DNA of 63,246 nt, counting the filler, from Intoshia linei (lineage: Eukaryota; Animalia; Orthonectida): the NCBI GenBank assembly GCA_001642005.1. It is 4 parts of 4 records of this genome, joined end to end, with 100 filler letters (N's around TTAATTAATTAA, not from the genome) between each part and the next. Parts side by side here need not be neighbours in the genome. Positions count along the whole stretch, not along the records: positions 27,622 to 49,194 come from LWCA01000636.1; 3 more parts are not named here. The stretch is one strand, 5' to 3'. Below, one piece after another: positions 28,043 to 39,461 of the stretch. The position numbers and the translations under genes were made by a program. Positions within the stretch are counted from its first letter, which is position 1. The number at the start of each line of letters is the position of its first letter. Below the pieces are notes generated by a model, which saw nothing but the letters and a program-made list of their open reading frames with translations, was not told where the DNA came from and made no database searches.

Positions 28043-29230
28043 ATGCTAGATTTACTAAAAGAATTTTACGAGTGCTGTAAAAAAGTAAATTATAATTTTA
28101 TCAAAAGAAACGACAGCCTCAATTTAAATTCAAAAAAAAACATAAAATCTTTAATCAAATCATGCGATTTACATGTCGTTACAATGAACGATGAATTAAA
28201 ATTTAACTTATACAATACACTGAAAGCTATCAATTTTATCGAATTTACAAACTTTGATAAATGGGAAAATCATTTTTTCATAACATTCCATAAAATGAAT
28301 TTGGTGAAAACGACAGTATCAAATGTAATTAAAAGTGGTTCATTGTACGGTTGCATCAGTGAAAAATGTACAAATATCAACATTAACAAAATCGAACAAA
28401 TTACAACCTCAATGTCTCAATTTAGATATAATTTGCTGTTTAATTATGTTTACCACGTAGGAAAATTTGTTGGACTCGATTTATACCGAACCATTCCAAT
28501 TGCTCAATTTACTATATTGTATCAACTAAAAAATGTAAATTGTAAAAGTCGGAATGAAATTTATGAGTTTACTTTATGCGTTGAAAAAGTTAAATACAGT
28601 AAAAATATTAACGAATACATTAAAGATCGATGCTGTGAAATGGAAAATATATTTTCAAAAAATTCCACTTTATCTTTAGAAAATGCCAAATTATTAAATG
28701 TGAAAAATTTGACTGAATTTTTTATAATTGTTGAAATTTTACAAAAAAGTAGCAAATACATGATAAATCTAGACAAAAGTTCAAATTATGTCGCTAAAAA
28801 TGTCATATTTGTTTTGTATAACATGTGCCGCATCAATTCATTGATGGGAAAGTATGATGAATATATTAAAAAATGTCTTTTCCTTCCAATTGACAATATT
28901 GATGCATTGAATTTTAATCAACTTGATGAGGTGGAATTTCAGCTCATATACCATATTTTTCAATTTCCCATAATAATGCAACATCAGATTTTAAATTTTC
29001 ATAAAAATGATTTACAAAAATCAGAAATTGTCATTAAATCACACTTGACGTGGAACTATTTGTATGAATTGATTTGCAAATTCAGTAAATTTTATCGTAA
29101 AGTCAAAATACTTCAATCTCCATTCAATGAAGAATCAAGAAATCAAATGCATTGCCGAATGTTTTATTGTAAAGCTACTTATCAATTAGCTTGCAATATT
29201 CTAACGTTTTATGGGTTTTCTGATTTGTAA
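28043..29230 (+). CDS. DALRD3: DALR anticodon-binding domain-containing protein 3 (single exon)
   Basis: 395-aa ORF. The C-terminal FVLYNMCRINSL..LNFNQLDEVEFQL..FSKFYRKVKIL..QMHCRM matches the recalled DALRD3 pattern FVMYNCARLATL..FSSYYNRVHIL..QMFVRL. Confidence 0.8.
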   Translation: MLDLLKEFYECCKKVNYNFIKRNDSLNLNSKKNIKSLIKSCDLHVVTMNDELKFNLYNTLKAINFIEFTNFDKWENHFFITFHKMNLVKTTVSNVIKSGSLYGCISEKCTNININKIEQITTSMSQFRYNLLFNYVYHVGKFVGLDLYRTIPIAQFTILYQLKNVNCKSRNEIYEFTLCVEKVKYSKNINEYIKDRCCEMENIFSKNSTLSLENAKLLNVKNLTEFFIIVEILQKSSKYMINLDKSSNYVAKNVIFVLYNMCRINSLMGKYDEYIKKCLFLPIDNIDALNFNQLDEVEFQLIYHIFQFPIIMQHQILNFHKNDLQKSEIVIKSHLTWNYLYELICKFSKFYRKVKILQSPFNEESRNQMHCRMFYCKATYQLACNILTFYGFSDL

Positions 29231-29644
29231 AATTTATCATTTTTATTAAATTGTTGACGGCAATGACGTGTAATTTAATTTCATCTACAGTTGTCAATAG
29301 GGATTTGTTTAGTATTGTCTATCCAGTTTTACGGTTGATTAATTGATTCAGGTAAATTTATATTTATACACAATTATCCACATTTTCAGTAACGTATTAA
29401 TCTTATCACAATCGAAGGTGATCAAAAATTCAACCTCGTTATCGTGCTGGATTTTGATTCATAAATTTTTGAAATACAATATTGAAAATATTAAAACAAT
29501 CATAATTTTATTGCATATATTAAAAATCCTGGGAACCAACTACTTTGTTAAATTACCAAATCTATATTTATATAATCATTCGTAAATGGTAATATTGTAA
29601 ATATAAATATACTAGAGTTTGTAAACTCATTTTTAAAATATTAC

Positions 29645-31954
29645 ATGTATAGAAATGTCAAAAATATTGTACCGATATTTTTGATATTCATCTGTATATT
29701 TGGATTATGTAATTATTTTGAATATACTCTTGGACATTTTTTGTCTATATCCGTTAAACATGGAGGAGAACGTAGATTTAAACGTATGCTATTTTATGTA
29801 TTTATTTGACTCATTTTTAAGAATTTATACATGCTCAAAATGACGAATTACTCATGAGGTAATTGATTATTATTCTTTATATACCGTTTTTTAGTTTAGG
29901 TGAAACTGCTAACATTGACTTGTCCTTAAGGTAATATAACGTAATCTATATTGATGAATTTATATTGTAGTGATCAAATAAGTTCTGATGTAAATTTAAC
30001 TGTCATTGTGGACAATGAAAACCTACTGCAAATTAACAAAAACGTTCTTCTTCCAGCCAACCACAGCGGAGATATTGACTTGAAAGTTTATGCAAATAAT
30101 CACACGTCTGGTTTGGTTGTAATTAGTTTCTCTAGTGAGGACCAAGAAGTGAGCCAGTTACTCTACAAAGTACGGATATCTGTCAGAATTGTCCATTCCT
30201 TTTTTTTCAGTATTTTGAGTAATTATTTAGGATGGGCTTTTTTCTTTTGTTGGGGGTTTCTCTATTATCCTCAGCTTTACAGAAATTATAAACGCAAAAG
30301 TGTGGAAGGACTTAGTTTGGAGTATAATTTCAAATATCGCATGTAATTTTACTTTAGATTCTTTTTATTAAATTTGACTGGAATAATGTGCTTTTTTATA
30401 TTCAATTGCAGTTTTTATTTTAACGATAAAGTTCAGGTAATGTTTTGTTTTTTTTTATATAAAATACACTCTTATAGTTACTTTATCATGTACAACACCC
30501 GAAAGGTATTATACCTGTAAAAAATACCGATATTTTTGTTGTACTCAATTTATTGCTTGTCAACTCGTGTATTTTATTTCAATTTATGATGTATGGTCAA
30601 ACGATTCAAAAATTTCGGAAATTTTTTAAACTAGTGGCTTTAGTTTGGATTCTTATAGCATTCATTTTTGGTTTTGTTATTCTTCAGTACATTAGCGTAC
30701 TTACCTACCTTTATGCTTTGTCTAGTATTAAAATTCTGACTACTCTATTTAAAGCTATACCCCAGGTATTATTTATTGTTTTTTGGAGTAATGCTTTCTT
30801 TTAGTTATATCTTAATTATCAATTAAAAACGACCGTCGGGCTTTCTATGACAGCAATATATTTGGACTTTTTTGGGACAGTATTTTGTATGTTTCAACTT
30901 GTTATCGATGCTTTTAATAATGGTAATGATAATAATTTTACTTAAATTCCGTCAAGAGAATTATCAATTATTTATACTCTTTTTATGTTGACATGAAATA
31001 CTCTTTTGTAAACAATACTAAAAAATTTCATTACTATAAAACATTTGATGTTTATGAAAATTCCCATTCTCACGATTTTACAAAAAAACTTTTAATCCAA
31101 CCCCAAAAAAAAATCCGAATTATACCAATCTTTAAACCTTTAGTTAAGGTAAAATATCTTTTCCTACATTTTTTTAAAAACTTGTATTTTACCAAACCTT
31201 ACGAAATAAAACTCTTAAGGCAACCATAAAGGAAAAATCCCTTTTTCCGAATACTTGTTTTAATATTAAAAATTTTTGAGACTTACAAGCTTCATTGTAT
31301 TCAGTTTACATTTTACAAATTAGTCGTTTATATATTTGAAAAAATTTGCTGGTAACAATAAATTGACCACCCTTGGAAATGACCGGTCCAAAATCAGTCA
31401 AATAAGTTTGAAATAGTGAATAGTTGTACATTTCTAGTTGATATTTGATAACATTCGAAAATTTCTGTATCATATAAAACAATCAACTAATTTATTAAAC
31501 ACTAGGTTGGGTGTTATGTGCTACGTTTAGCCAACATTTACCACAATTTTTTCACCGCTGACCGGAAATTTACCATAAAATTTCTCTAAAATCAAACTAC
31601 TAGACAAAATTAAAAAAATACGATAATATAATATTTACTAGGTTGACTGTAATGTACTACGTACAAACAGCACCTAGCTCTGCCGAGGGCACATGTTTAT
31701 TATACCAAAAAAATAAATTCACGTTGAAAATTTAACTTAAGTTAAATTTTAAATTTACTTGAAAATTAAAATATAAATACAATATACGTTATTCGTATAT
31801 TTTTATTTTTTAAAAATAATTTTTAGATGATGTATATGCAGCATTGGGGAATCCAGCCAAAGTTTACATATCAATAATTTCATGTTTTTATTCAATTTTG
31901 TTTATAATCCAAAATGTTAAGTACACCAAAATAAAACCTATTTTGGCTTTTTAA
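29645..31954 (+). CDS. CTNS: Cystinosin-family lysosomal PQ-loop transporter
   Basis: Exons 29645-29783, 29822-29858, 29895-29930, 29971-30321, 30358-30436, 30478-30765, 30805-30922, 31827-31954. Signal peptide, luminal domain, two PQ loops (YYPQLYRNYKRKSVEGLS and KAIPQLYLNYQLKTTVGLS), LNLTG, LDFFG and GNPAK motifs. Confidence 0.9.
31638..31745 (-). mobile_element. Helitron-like 3' end in the last cystinosin intron
   Basis: Reverse complement of GTGCCCTCGGCAGAGCTAGGTGCTGTTTGTACGTAGTACATTACAGTCAACCTAG|T. Confidence 0.7.
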
Positions 31955-32521
31955 TTATAATGAATTATTGTCGCATACTAAAAATTAACGGAAGATGGGT
32001 TAATTGAATTAATCTACTTTGTATTTATAATACCAATTGTGTTTGCTCGTTTGTCGTGAGTCGATATCTATTTCGAATGACTTATTTTCATACAAAAATA
32101 TTTAAATCAGCTATAATTCCTTGCAAAACATTTTATGGTGTTCACACCAAAAGTACGTAGTTTTTAGGGACCCATTTTAACATAATTAACATATCTATAA
32201 ATATAATAACTTTAATTTCAAACTGGAAGAAAATTAAATTAATATTGCAGAATCGTTTGATTTGACTTTAGGCTAAGCATGTAATTGTTAATTGTTTTAA
32301 AATGGTGAAGCATTATGAAAACAATCAATATCGTTCAAATTAAATTCATCATATTGTTTTTGGTATGAAAAATTGAACAATATATTAATAATTATTCTTC
32401 AATGTATGTTACTATTATAATAGTATTCAATAATATAAAATAAACTCATACAGGAGATAAATTTATTAAGATATATAATTTGCATTGGAGTACAAATTGT
32501 ATATATACAAATATTGTACAT

Positions 32522-34415
32522 TTAATCTTCACGGTCAATTTTATGGTTTTCTTCACATAAAATATTAGTTAAAGTGATTCGATCAATCATCATATTGCCT
32601 CGAGCTTCATAAAGTTTTGGAAATATCTCTTTCACAGCTTCCACGCAAAATTTAACCTTTCTGGCTAAAATAAATATATAATTACTTTTAAAAAAAGCTA
32701 ATAGACCAAAAGCCATCAGAGCCGTAAATGGTACACTGAACCCACATGTAGAAGGATTATGTTCATATGACCATCACGACAGTTTCAAAATGATAGACAA
32801 TTTAGTTACAAAATTTCTTAATTACATACTGTTATGTCAATTATTTGACAAAGTATACTTGAACCGGAGGGTTCAACATTTAACAATTTCATAGATTTTA
32901 TAAAAATTAAAATAAGTATAAATTCAAAAGTTTAAAAACTGTAAAATAAATAAAATACCAATAACAGTAATTGCACCAGTCCAATGAATTTTAATTACGG
33001 CCAACTTACCCTTATACCGATATTCAACAGATGAATCAATTTCTGGGTTATAACTAAAATAGAGTCGATATAAAAATAAAACTAATAAAATAATTTTAAA
33101 AATTACTAAGAATTATTCTTATTACTGCTAAAGAAATAAGTAAGTACAATAGTAAAGAAACAAGTGAATCCGCACATGACATTATTGACATTCAAAGTAG
33201 TAAATTTAACCTCGGGGTGATCCAACATTCTGACCATTTTCCCAATTCGTACACACGCAACTTTTAACATGAAAAGGCTATTGAATAATTGTAAAATATA
33301 AAATGTAGACCAACCTCTTGGCACCAAAAACAATAACTTTTCCAGTTGGCCTAACCGTGGCTGTTACACGAGGTTTACATAAATTAACTTCAAGTGTCTA
33401 AATGTGAATAAATAAGGATTAGTGAAATTGTTACATTTCTTTTCGCATTATGAGCTACTCTATGACCATACCGTGCAACGTGTTTTACGTTAACGTGACA
33501 ATTTAAACTAAAATCACCAACAATATTGTAAATAACGAGAGGTATTTTAATGTTTTTGTATATACAGTATGAAATGTTGTCGATTTCTACATATTCCTTA
33601 TTCACTCTGTAAAGGTTATTGTAACGAATTTGTTCTGGTTTAGTTTCAACATTTTTTGCTACATCTTCCAATTTTAATGTCTTGTCAATTTCAAACTTAG
33701 ATTGAGGGTCTTGAGTTAAAAATGTATAATTGTTAATAATTGAGTTTTTATCCACCTTTATATCTTGAGCATCATCAAAATTTGAATTGTTTAAATTATT
33801 CGTTATTGTTTCTAAAGTTAAGACTTTATTTTTACGAGTATGGCTTTTGGACTTTTTACATTTTTTGGAGTCTGATATTATTTTATATGATGTAATATTT
33901 TGCGGCATTGTAAAATTTTTTGGTTTCGTTTTAATTTGAGGTTCTATTTCGGGTTTATATTCAATCGGGATATTTGTATAGTTTTGTATAATTCCTTCGT
34001 TTTCAAAAGTATTTGAATAATTTTGAGTTACGTGTGCTGAGTTGAATGTGTCAATATAGTTAAAATTTTCAATTTCATGTATTTGTTTCCTAGATGTGTA
34101 GTGTGGTATATTTGGGTAATTAAAAGTATTTGTAAAGTCTTGAGGCATATTTTGCTGATTAATATCTATAGGAGTAGAAGTGTATATTGGAGTTTGTAAA
34201 GGCATAAATATTTCATGTGCTGATCCATCAGGGTTTTGACTGTGTGTTGGATAATTCACGGGAACATACAACATTTCGCTATTTACTGTCTGGCATTCTA
34301 CTAAATCTGCATTTCCGGTATTTTGAGATTGGTTTTCATTTGAAACTATAGGGTTGGTTGGATAAAAATTTTGTTGATTATTGTTAATCATTTGGTTATG
34401 GTTATAATTGTTCAT
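32522..34415 (-). CDS. Divergent TATA-binding-protein-related factor (TRF2/TBPL1-like) with long N-terminal extension
   Basis: Exons 34415-33435, 33397-33315, 33277-33107, 33053-32959, 32664-32522. The spliced core NIVGDFSLNCHVNVKHVARYG..LCKPRVTATVRPTGKVIVFGAKS..NVNNVMCG..YNPEIDSSVEYR..IKIHWTGAITVIA..AVKEIFPKLYEAR follows the two-repeat TBP fold and TRF2-type motifs (CHLNL, KPRITAT, YEPEL, TGSITV). Confidence 0.8.
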
Positions 34416-35283
34416 GGCTAAATAGTAAAATCGAAATGTGGGGATGTTAGTGTTGTATCAAGTAAAGCAATTTTAGTAATGCAATTGACTCAAAATAAAT
34501 ATATATTTATTTAAACTAGGTTGTTATGTATATAGAAACAGGAATGTCTTGTGTAAATTTATTGGCACGTATCTATAGTTTTGTTTACCTAAATTTTAGG
34601 TTAAAAAATTAAGATTAAACAAAATTTACCAGACAAATACAAAAATTGCATTGTGAAATAAATGGTGCTACTAAATGAATTACAAATTTATGAATCAATT
34701 AATTACTGTCCCACTACATGTAGTGAATAGTGGGTCCATGAAATACTTTACTGTCCCTTTAATTTTTTATGCAAGATACACGTTTTAAATGTTGCCCACA
34801 ACAATAAATAGTTGGGAATACTAATTTGGGATTGCTTGAATTAAAAATTACATATAAAATAAAAACTTAACAGAAAAGGTTTTGTTAGTGGGTAAAGTTT
34901 ACAATACGTTTTAAAATGAATAATTATAATGCTAAATTAAATGAATGAAAAAATGGTTACATTAAATTACGAAATGAACATTACATGTCAGGGCTCCTGA
35001 CTCAGGAGTCCTGAACAGCGAAAAATAGAATTTATATATCAATTTAATTATAATTAAAATTATCCCATTTGGACAAATATTTTTTTTATTCTAACTTGGA
35101 CGGTGTGTTAAATTTATGGCCAAAAACTACTTATCTATGATAAACAAAAATTCCTGGCTTAAAATATATTACAAATAAACTAAAATTTATAGTACATATT
35201 TTTCTGGTCACTTTAATTAAGCGTTACTATCAATTCATTATCCATGATAATTTATCATCAATATTTATTGCGCCATTTGAAAT

Positions 35284-38200
35284 ATGGATATTTTGGAAAA
35301 ATTATCAAATTCTGCTCGAAAACTTAAAATGTTGAATACGGTGGATCTATTAAAATCAAATACTGAATATTCCAAATTTTATGAATCCTTGTCAAAAAAT
35401 TTAGAATATGCTGAAAATTTATTAAATACTTATGAAATGGAAATGAAATCAAACCAGGATTTACTGGATGATAAAATTGAAAGATTGAAAAAGTATACTT
35501 GTTACGTTAGTAATAATGTCGATTTTCAAAAGACACGTAATGCTAGTGAAACAATTGACGTTCCGTCAAAGTCTTTAAAGTATTTTAAAATTATTTTTAA
35601 TTTATTTTTTGATTTTATACATGTAAATATTTTTAGAAACACTTTTTCAATTAAAATTCTCAATGAAAATTTAAAAAAAAATTCACAACAAAATGTCAAT
35701 CAAAATATTAGACCAAAAGTTTCCACAAAAATTGAAACATTTCGTCTACTTTTACAGTCTGATTTAGATTTAGTACCAAAGTAATATATTTATTTCGATA
35801 AATTGTCTTGATTTGGATAATGGAAATTTATTTTTACTGGTTTGAGGTTAAATTACACTGTTGTTAAATTGAGAACGAAACTTATTGAGATAAGTTAATT
35901 TAATATTTTTAAGTTTTAATTGACATTTTTAATTAATTATGTAGATTATAATCTGCAAGATATTGAGTGATAAAATTTAAAATACGTTTTTGATCAATAA
36001 GATTTAAATTTATGATAAACAGTCATTATAAATGGTTAGACGAACATGCTATTTTGTTTATAGTTTGGGATTTTCATCTTGAGATCGATGATAAAATTTT
36101 TCATTTTTTAAATGTTTTTAAGATAAATCTATATGAAAATCGTGTACTTTTACTCGAAATTTTTCCACAAAAATAGAGTAAAGTGTATTTGTAAGGCGAT
36201 AGAAGTTGTTGCTCATAACATTTGGTAAAATCGGATTTTTCAATAAAATATTGGAAAAAGGGGATATTTCCCTTAAGCGTCGTTAAAATTGGATTTTTAT
36301 TTTGGGGTTGGAATAAGAGGTTTTTCTTATAAGATTTGATAAAATCGTGTTTTTCAAAAAAATATTGGAAAAAGAAGATTTTTCTCTTGATGTTTAAAAT
36401 GGTCATTTTTTATTAAATTCTATTAATGGTGGGAAATTTGAAATAATAGTGTACCGATCGTCTGGACTTTGGGATAAATTCCCAACATCTGGCAAATCTG
36501 TAATAATTTATTACAATTAAAAATTCTCCTATAAAAATTAACAAAAGTTGATAAAATGTTTGCATATTTTATTTAAATCACACGGACTCAGGAATATAGT
36601 TTTATACCACCAAGGGGTCCAGGGACTATCATCAACAATCACTGCATTAATGATTAATGTGCATAGTTTATCTGGAAATAAACGCTAAAAAATCACCCAT
36701 ACTGTTTTTATTTTCAATTTACATGTACATTTAATTTAGATATATGAAGAATCGATTGACTTTAAATAATATTAATCCAATTATAGTTGAATTGAACAGT
36801 ATTTTGGAAGAAAAATACAAACTAATATTCAAATTTAAATCTAAATCTAAATCGTTCAATCCTAGATCTTTGACTTTGGTCAAAAAGTACCTATCAGAGA
36901 GTGATGAAAACACAAAACGTAATACATTATATTATATGAGGCTCTCATTACAATGTTTCCCGACCTTTTTTATGCCGGACCCACATCAAAATATTTTAAT
37001 ATATAAAAAAAATAGATTTAAAGTTTTATAAAATAACTAGGTTGACTGTTATGTACTACGTACAAACAGCACTTAGCTCTGAAATTTGGTATTTATATCA
37101 ACTGGAATAAGCTTTATCAGAATAATTATTTTTTTCAATTTTCGGACCGTTAAATATTCAAATTTTTTGTTTTAATAAAATATATGAATACTAAAATGCT
37201 TTTTTTACCATAAGGCGTCACATATTCAGATTAATTTTTTTAAATTCTAGGGCTCTTTCATTAAAAAAAGGGTTCTTTGTAGTTTTGGCTTTGATTTTTT
37301 TAAATTCTCGAACTCGCTTGATTTTCAAAAAAAGGACAATTTGGCTGTTTGACCCGTAAGATGTGAGTTTGGGAGGTTGAAATTTATCTTACGTCCGGAA
37401 TAAACTGTAATAGAAATGTGGACTTTATAAAATTCTAAGATTGGTAGTTATTGAAATAAACGATAACACAAACAAACAAATCATTATGTAAGTAATGATA
37501 TTTCTGCCTAGTTATTTCGGTAACTACGCATTACTAATACAGTGGATAAAAAGTCAGGAACGGAATCAAACGCTTGTTTTGTATATAAATCACAGACGGA
37601 TATAAGGGATAAAAATCCGCCTATAGTGGACAGGCAATTTGTTTTTTAAAATGAATATTCAAATTTTTTGTAGAAAATGATTTTTAAAACCTTAACATTT
37701 CGACTAATTGTTTTAATAATAAAGTTTAACCTCCAAAATGGCGTTAAAAAGAAAATCACTAAAATTAGAAGAAAAAATAATTATTTTGGACAAAATTTAT
37801 TCTTACAACGGTACCAAATCTTATCGAGAATTATCGAATATCTTATCAGTTCCAAAATTTAAAATCAATTTTCAAAAAAAATCTTAAAAACCTCCCTTGA
37901 AAGTTTGGTTTAAAAAAAATCTTAAAAAACCCCCTTAAAATTTTGGTTTAAAAAAATTACTAAAACCCAAAATTAAACTAAAATATAAATGAAAGTTTTA
38001 CCCATTCTACGACTTGCTTATATAATAATAAGAGCTCGGTTATAAGGGACAAATTTCTTGGTCCCGATGCGTCTCTTATAAGCGGATTCCACTGTATCTA
38101 TAATTTTTTAAATAATTTATTTATTACACCCCTCTTCAATTTCTGAAGAATATTAGTTAGATCGTCTTCAAAAAGATAAAAATTATGTTCTGTGTAATCA

Positions 38201-39263
38201 AATAAAATATTATTAATTAATGAATATATTTATTACATTGTATTTGAGAAAACTGCCAGTATCTACCACTGCACTTATATCAATTAACAATTAGGTAGTT
38301 ACAATTATATTTTATCTATCACAATTTTTTAGGGTTATAAGTAGGGCGAACTCTTTTTAGTCCATAAAAAAAATTTAATTTACAATTCGAATTTATTTAA
38401 CTTTTAGAAAAAAAGATTTGCCTAATGTTGTTTTTTCGGTAAAATTTTTTCTGAATAATGAACCATTATCAATGGTGAAATCTCTCATTTGTTATAATAA
38501 TAGTTCTTTTGTTAAACAATCGGTAGTGTTGACTTAATTCTGTAAATCTAAGTGAAGCTACTAACAATAAATTTTGAAATACAAACTGCAAAACTATGAT
38601 TTAATTAATTATAATTATTTAATTTTTATGTATTTTTGATAATATCATGAGAAAAATTTCTTTGTTTTGTGATTAAAATTTTTAAAGCGTTTTAGTTTTG
38701 ATATTTATTTTAATTCCAGAATTCTTAGTTTTTTTATTTTTTAAAATTAGGGTTTGTAACCCTGAAGGTATCTATTTATGGGAATGAAAATGGCGGTACT
38801 GTATCAGTCTTCAATAATTTTATTTTTTTTAATTCTGGGACTTTTTTTAAATTTTTCAGTATCGTTACATTTCATTATTAAATTATTAGTCAGTGTCTGA
38901 AATAATGGACCAAAGTTTTGCAATTTAATATTATGTTATATTAATTTTAATGTTATAATTAGAATTACCGACATAGCCTAATTAATAGGTGATATATTAG
39001 TGCCTAATACATTTAATGATACTTATATATATTCATTATAAGAAATCTTCTAATTTTTAATTAAAATAATTAGTTTATCTAACTGTAACTATACAATTTG
39101 ACTCAATTTTTTAGATAACTTTTTCATTTCTGACAACGATTTAAAGGACAATACCAGACTACCGAACAAACGAAGACTTAATATTATTTTTATTATCCTA
39201 CGTCATTTGCAATTGATGAATGAAATTAGAAGTAAAAAATTTAATAGATACTGTGTTTTGTAA
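35284..39263 (+). CDS. SKA1: Spindle and kinetochore-associated protein 1
   Basis: Exons 35284-35579, 35637-35780, 36740-36918, 39115-39263. N-terminal coiled coil, then VPKYMKNRLTLNNIN..KYKLI..FFISDNDLK..ILRHLQLMNEIRS..RYCVL, matching the SKA1 microtubule-binding domain. Confidence 0.9.
36200..36500 (+). repeat. ~100-bp-unit repeat element copy in SKA1 intron
   Basis: Same unit as 43170-43860, followed by the same terminus TTTGGGATAAA..CATCTGGCAAATCTG. Confidence 0.6.
37037..37498 (-). mobile_element. Complete short non-autonomous Helitron (462 bp) in SKA1 intron
   Basis: Minus strand reads A|TCATTACTTACATAATGATTTGTTTGTTTGTG ... TGTACGTAGTACATAACAGTCAACCTAG|T. It has a 5'-TC, 3'-CTAG, subterminal hairpin, insertion between A and T, and no TSD. 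Confidence 0.8.
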
Positions 39264-39461
39264 TATTAAACTACCAAATTTTGTATTAAATTATAAATTC
39301 GATACTTCAGTAAAAAATTTTACAGCACTGATTTTAGGCGGGGTCTTGACTATGAACCCTGTAATATTTGATGGAACAATTTTAAAATTTTTATTTGATA
39401 TATTTTTACCAACCTTGTAAGAAAATATACATTCAACAAATAGACTCATGCTGAATATATA

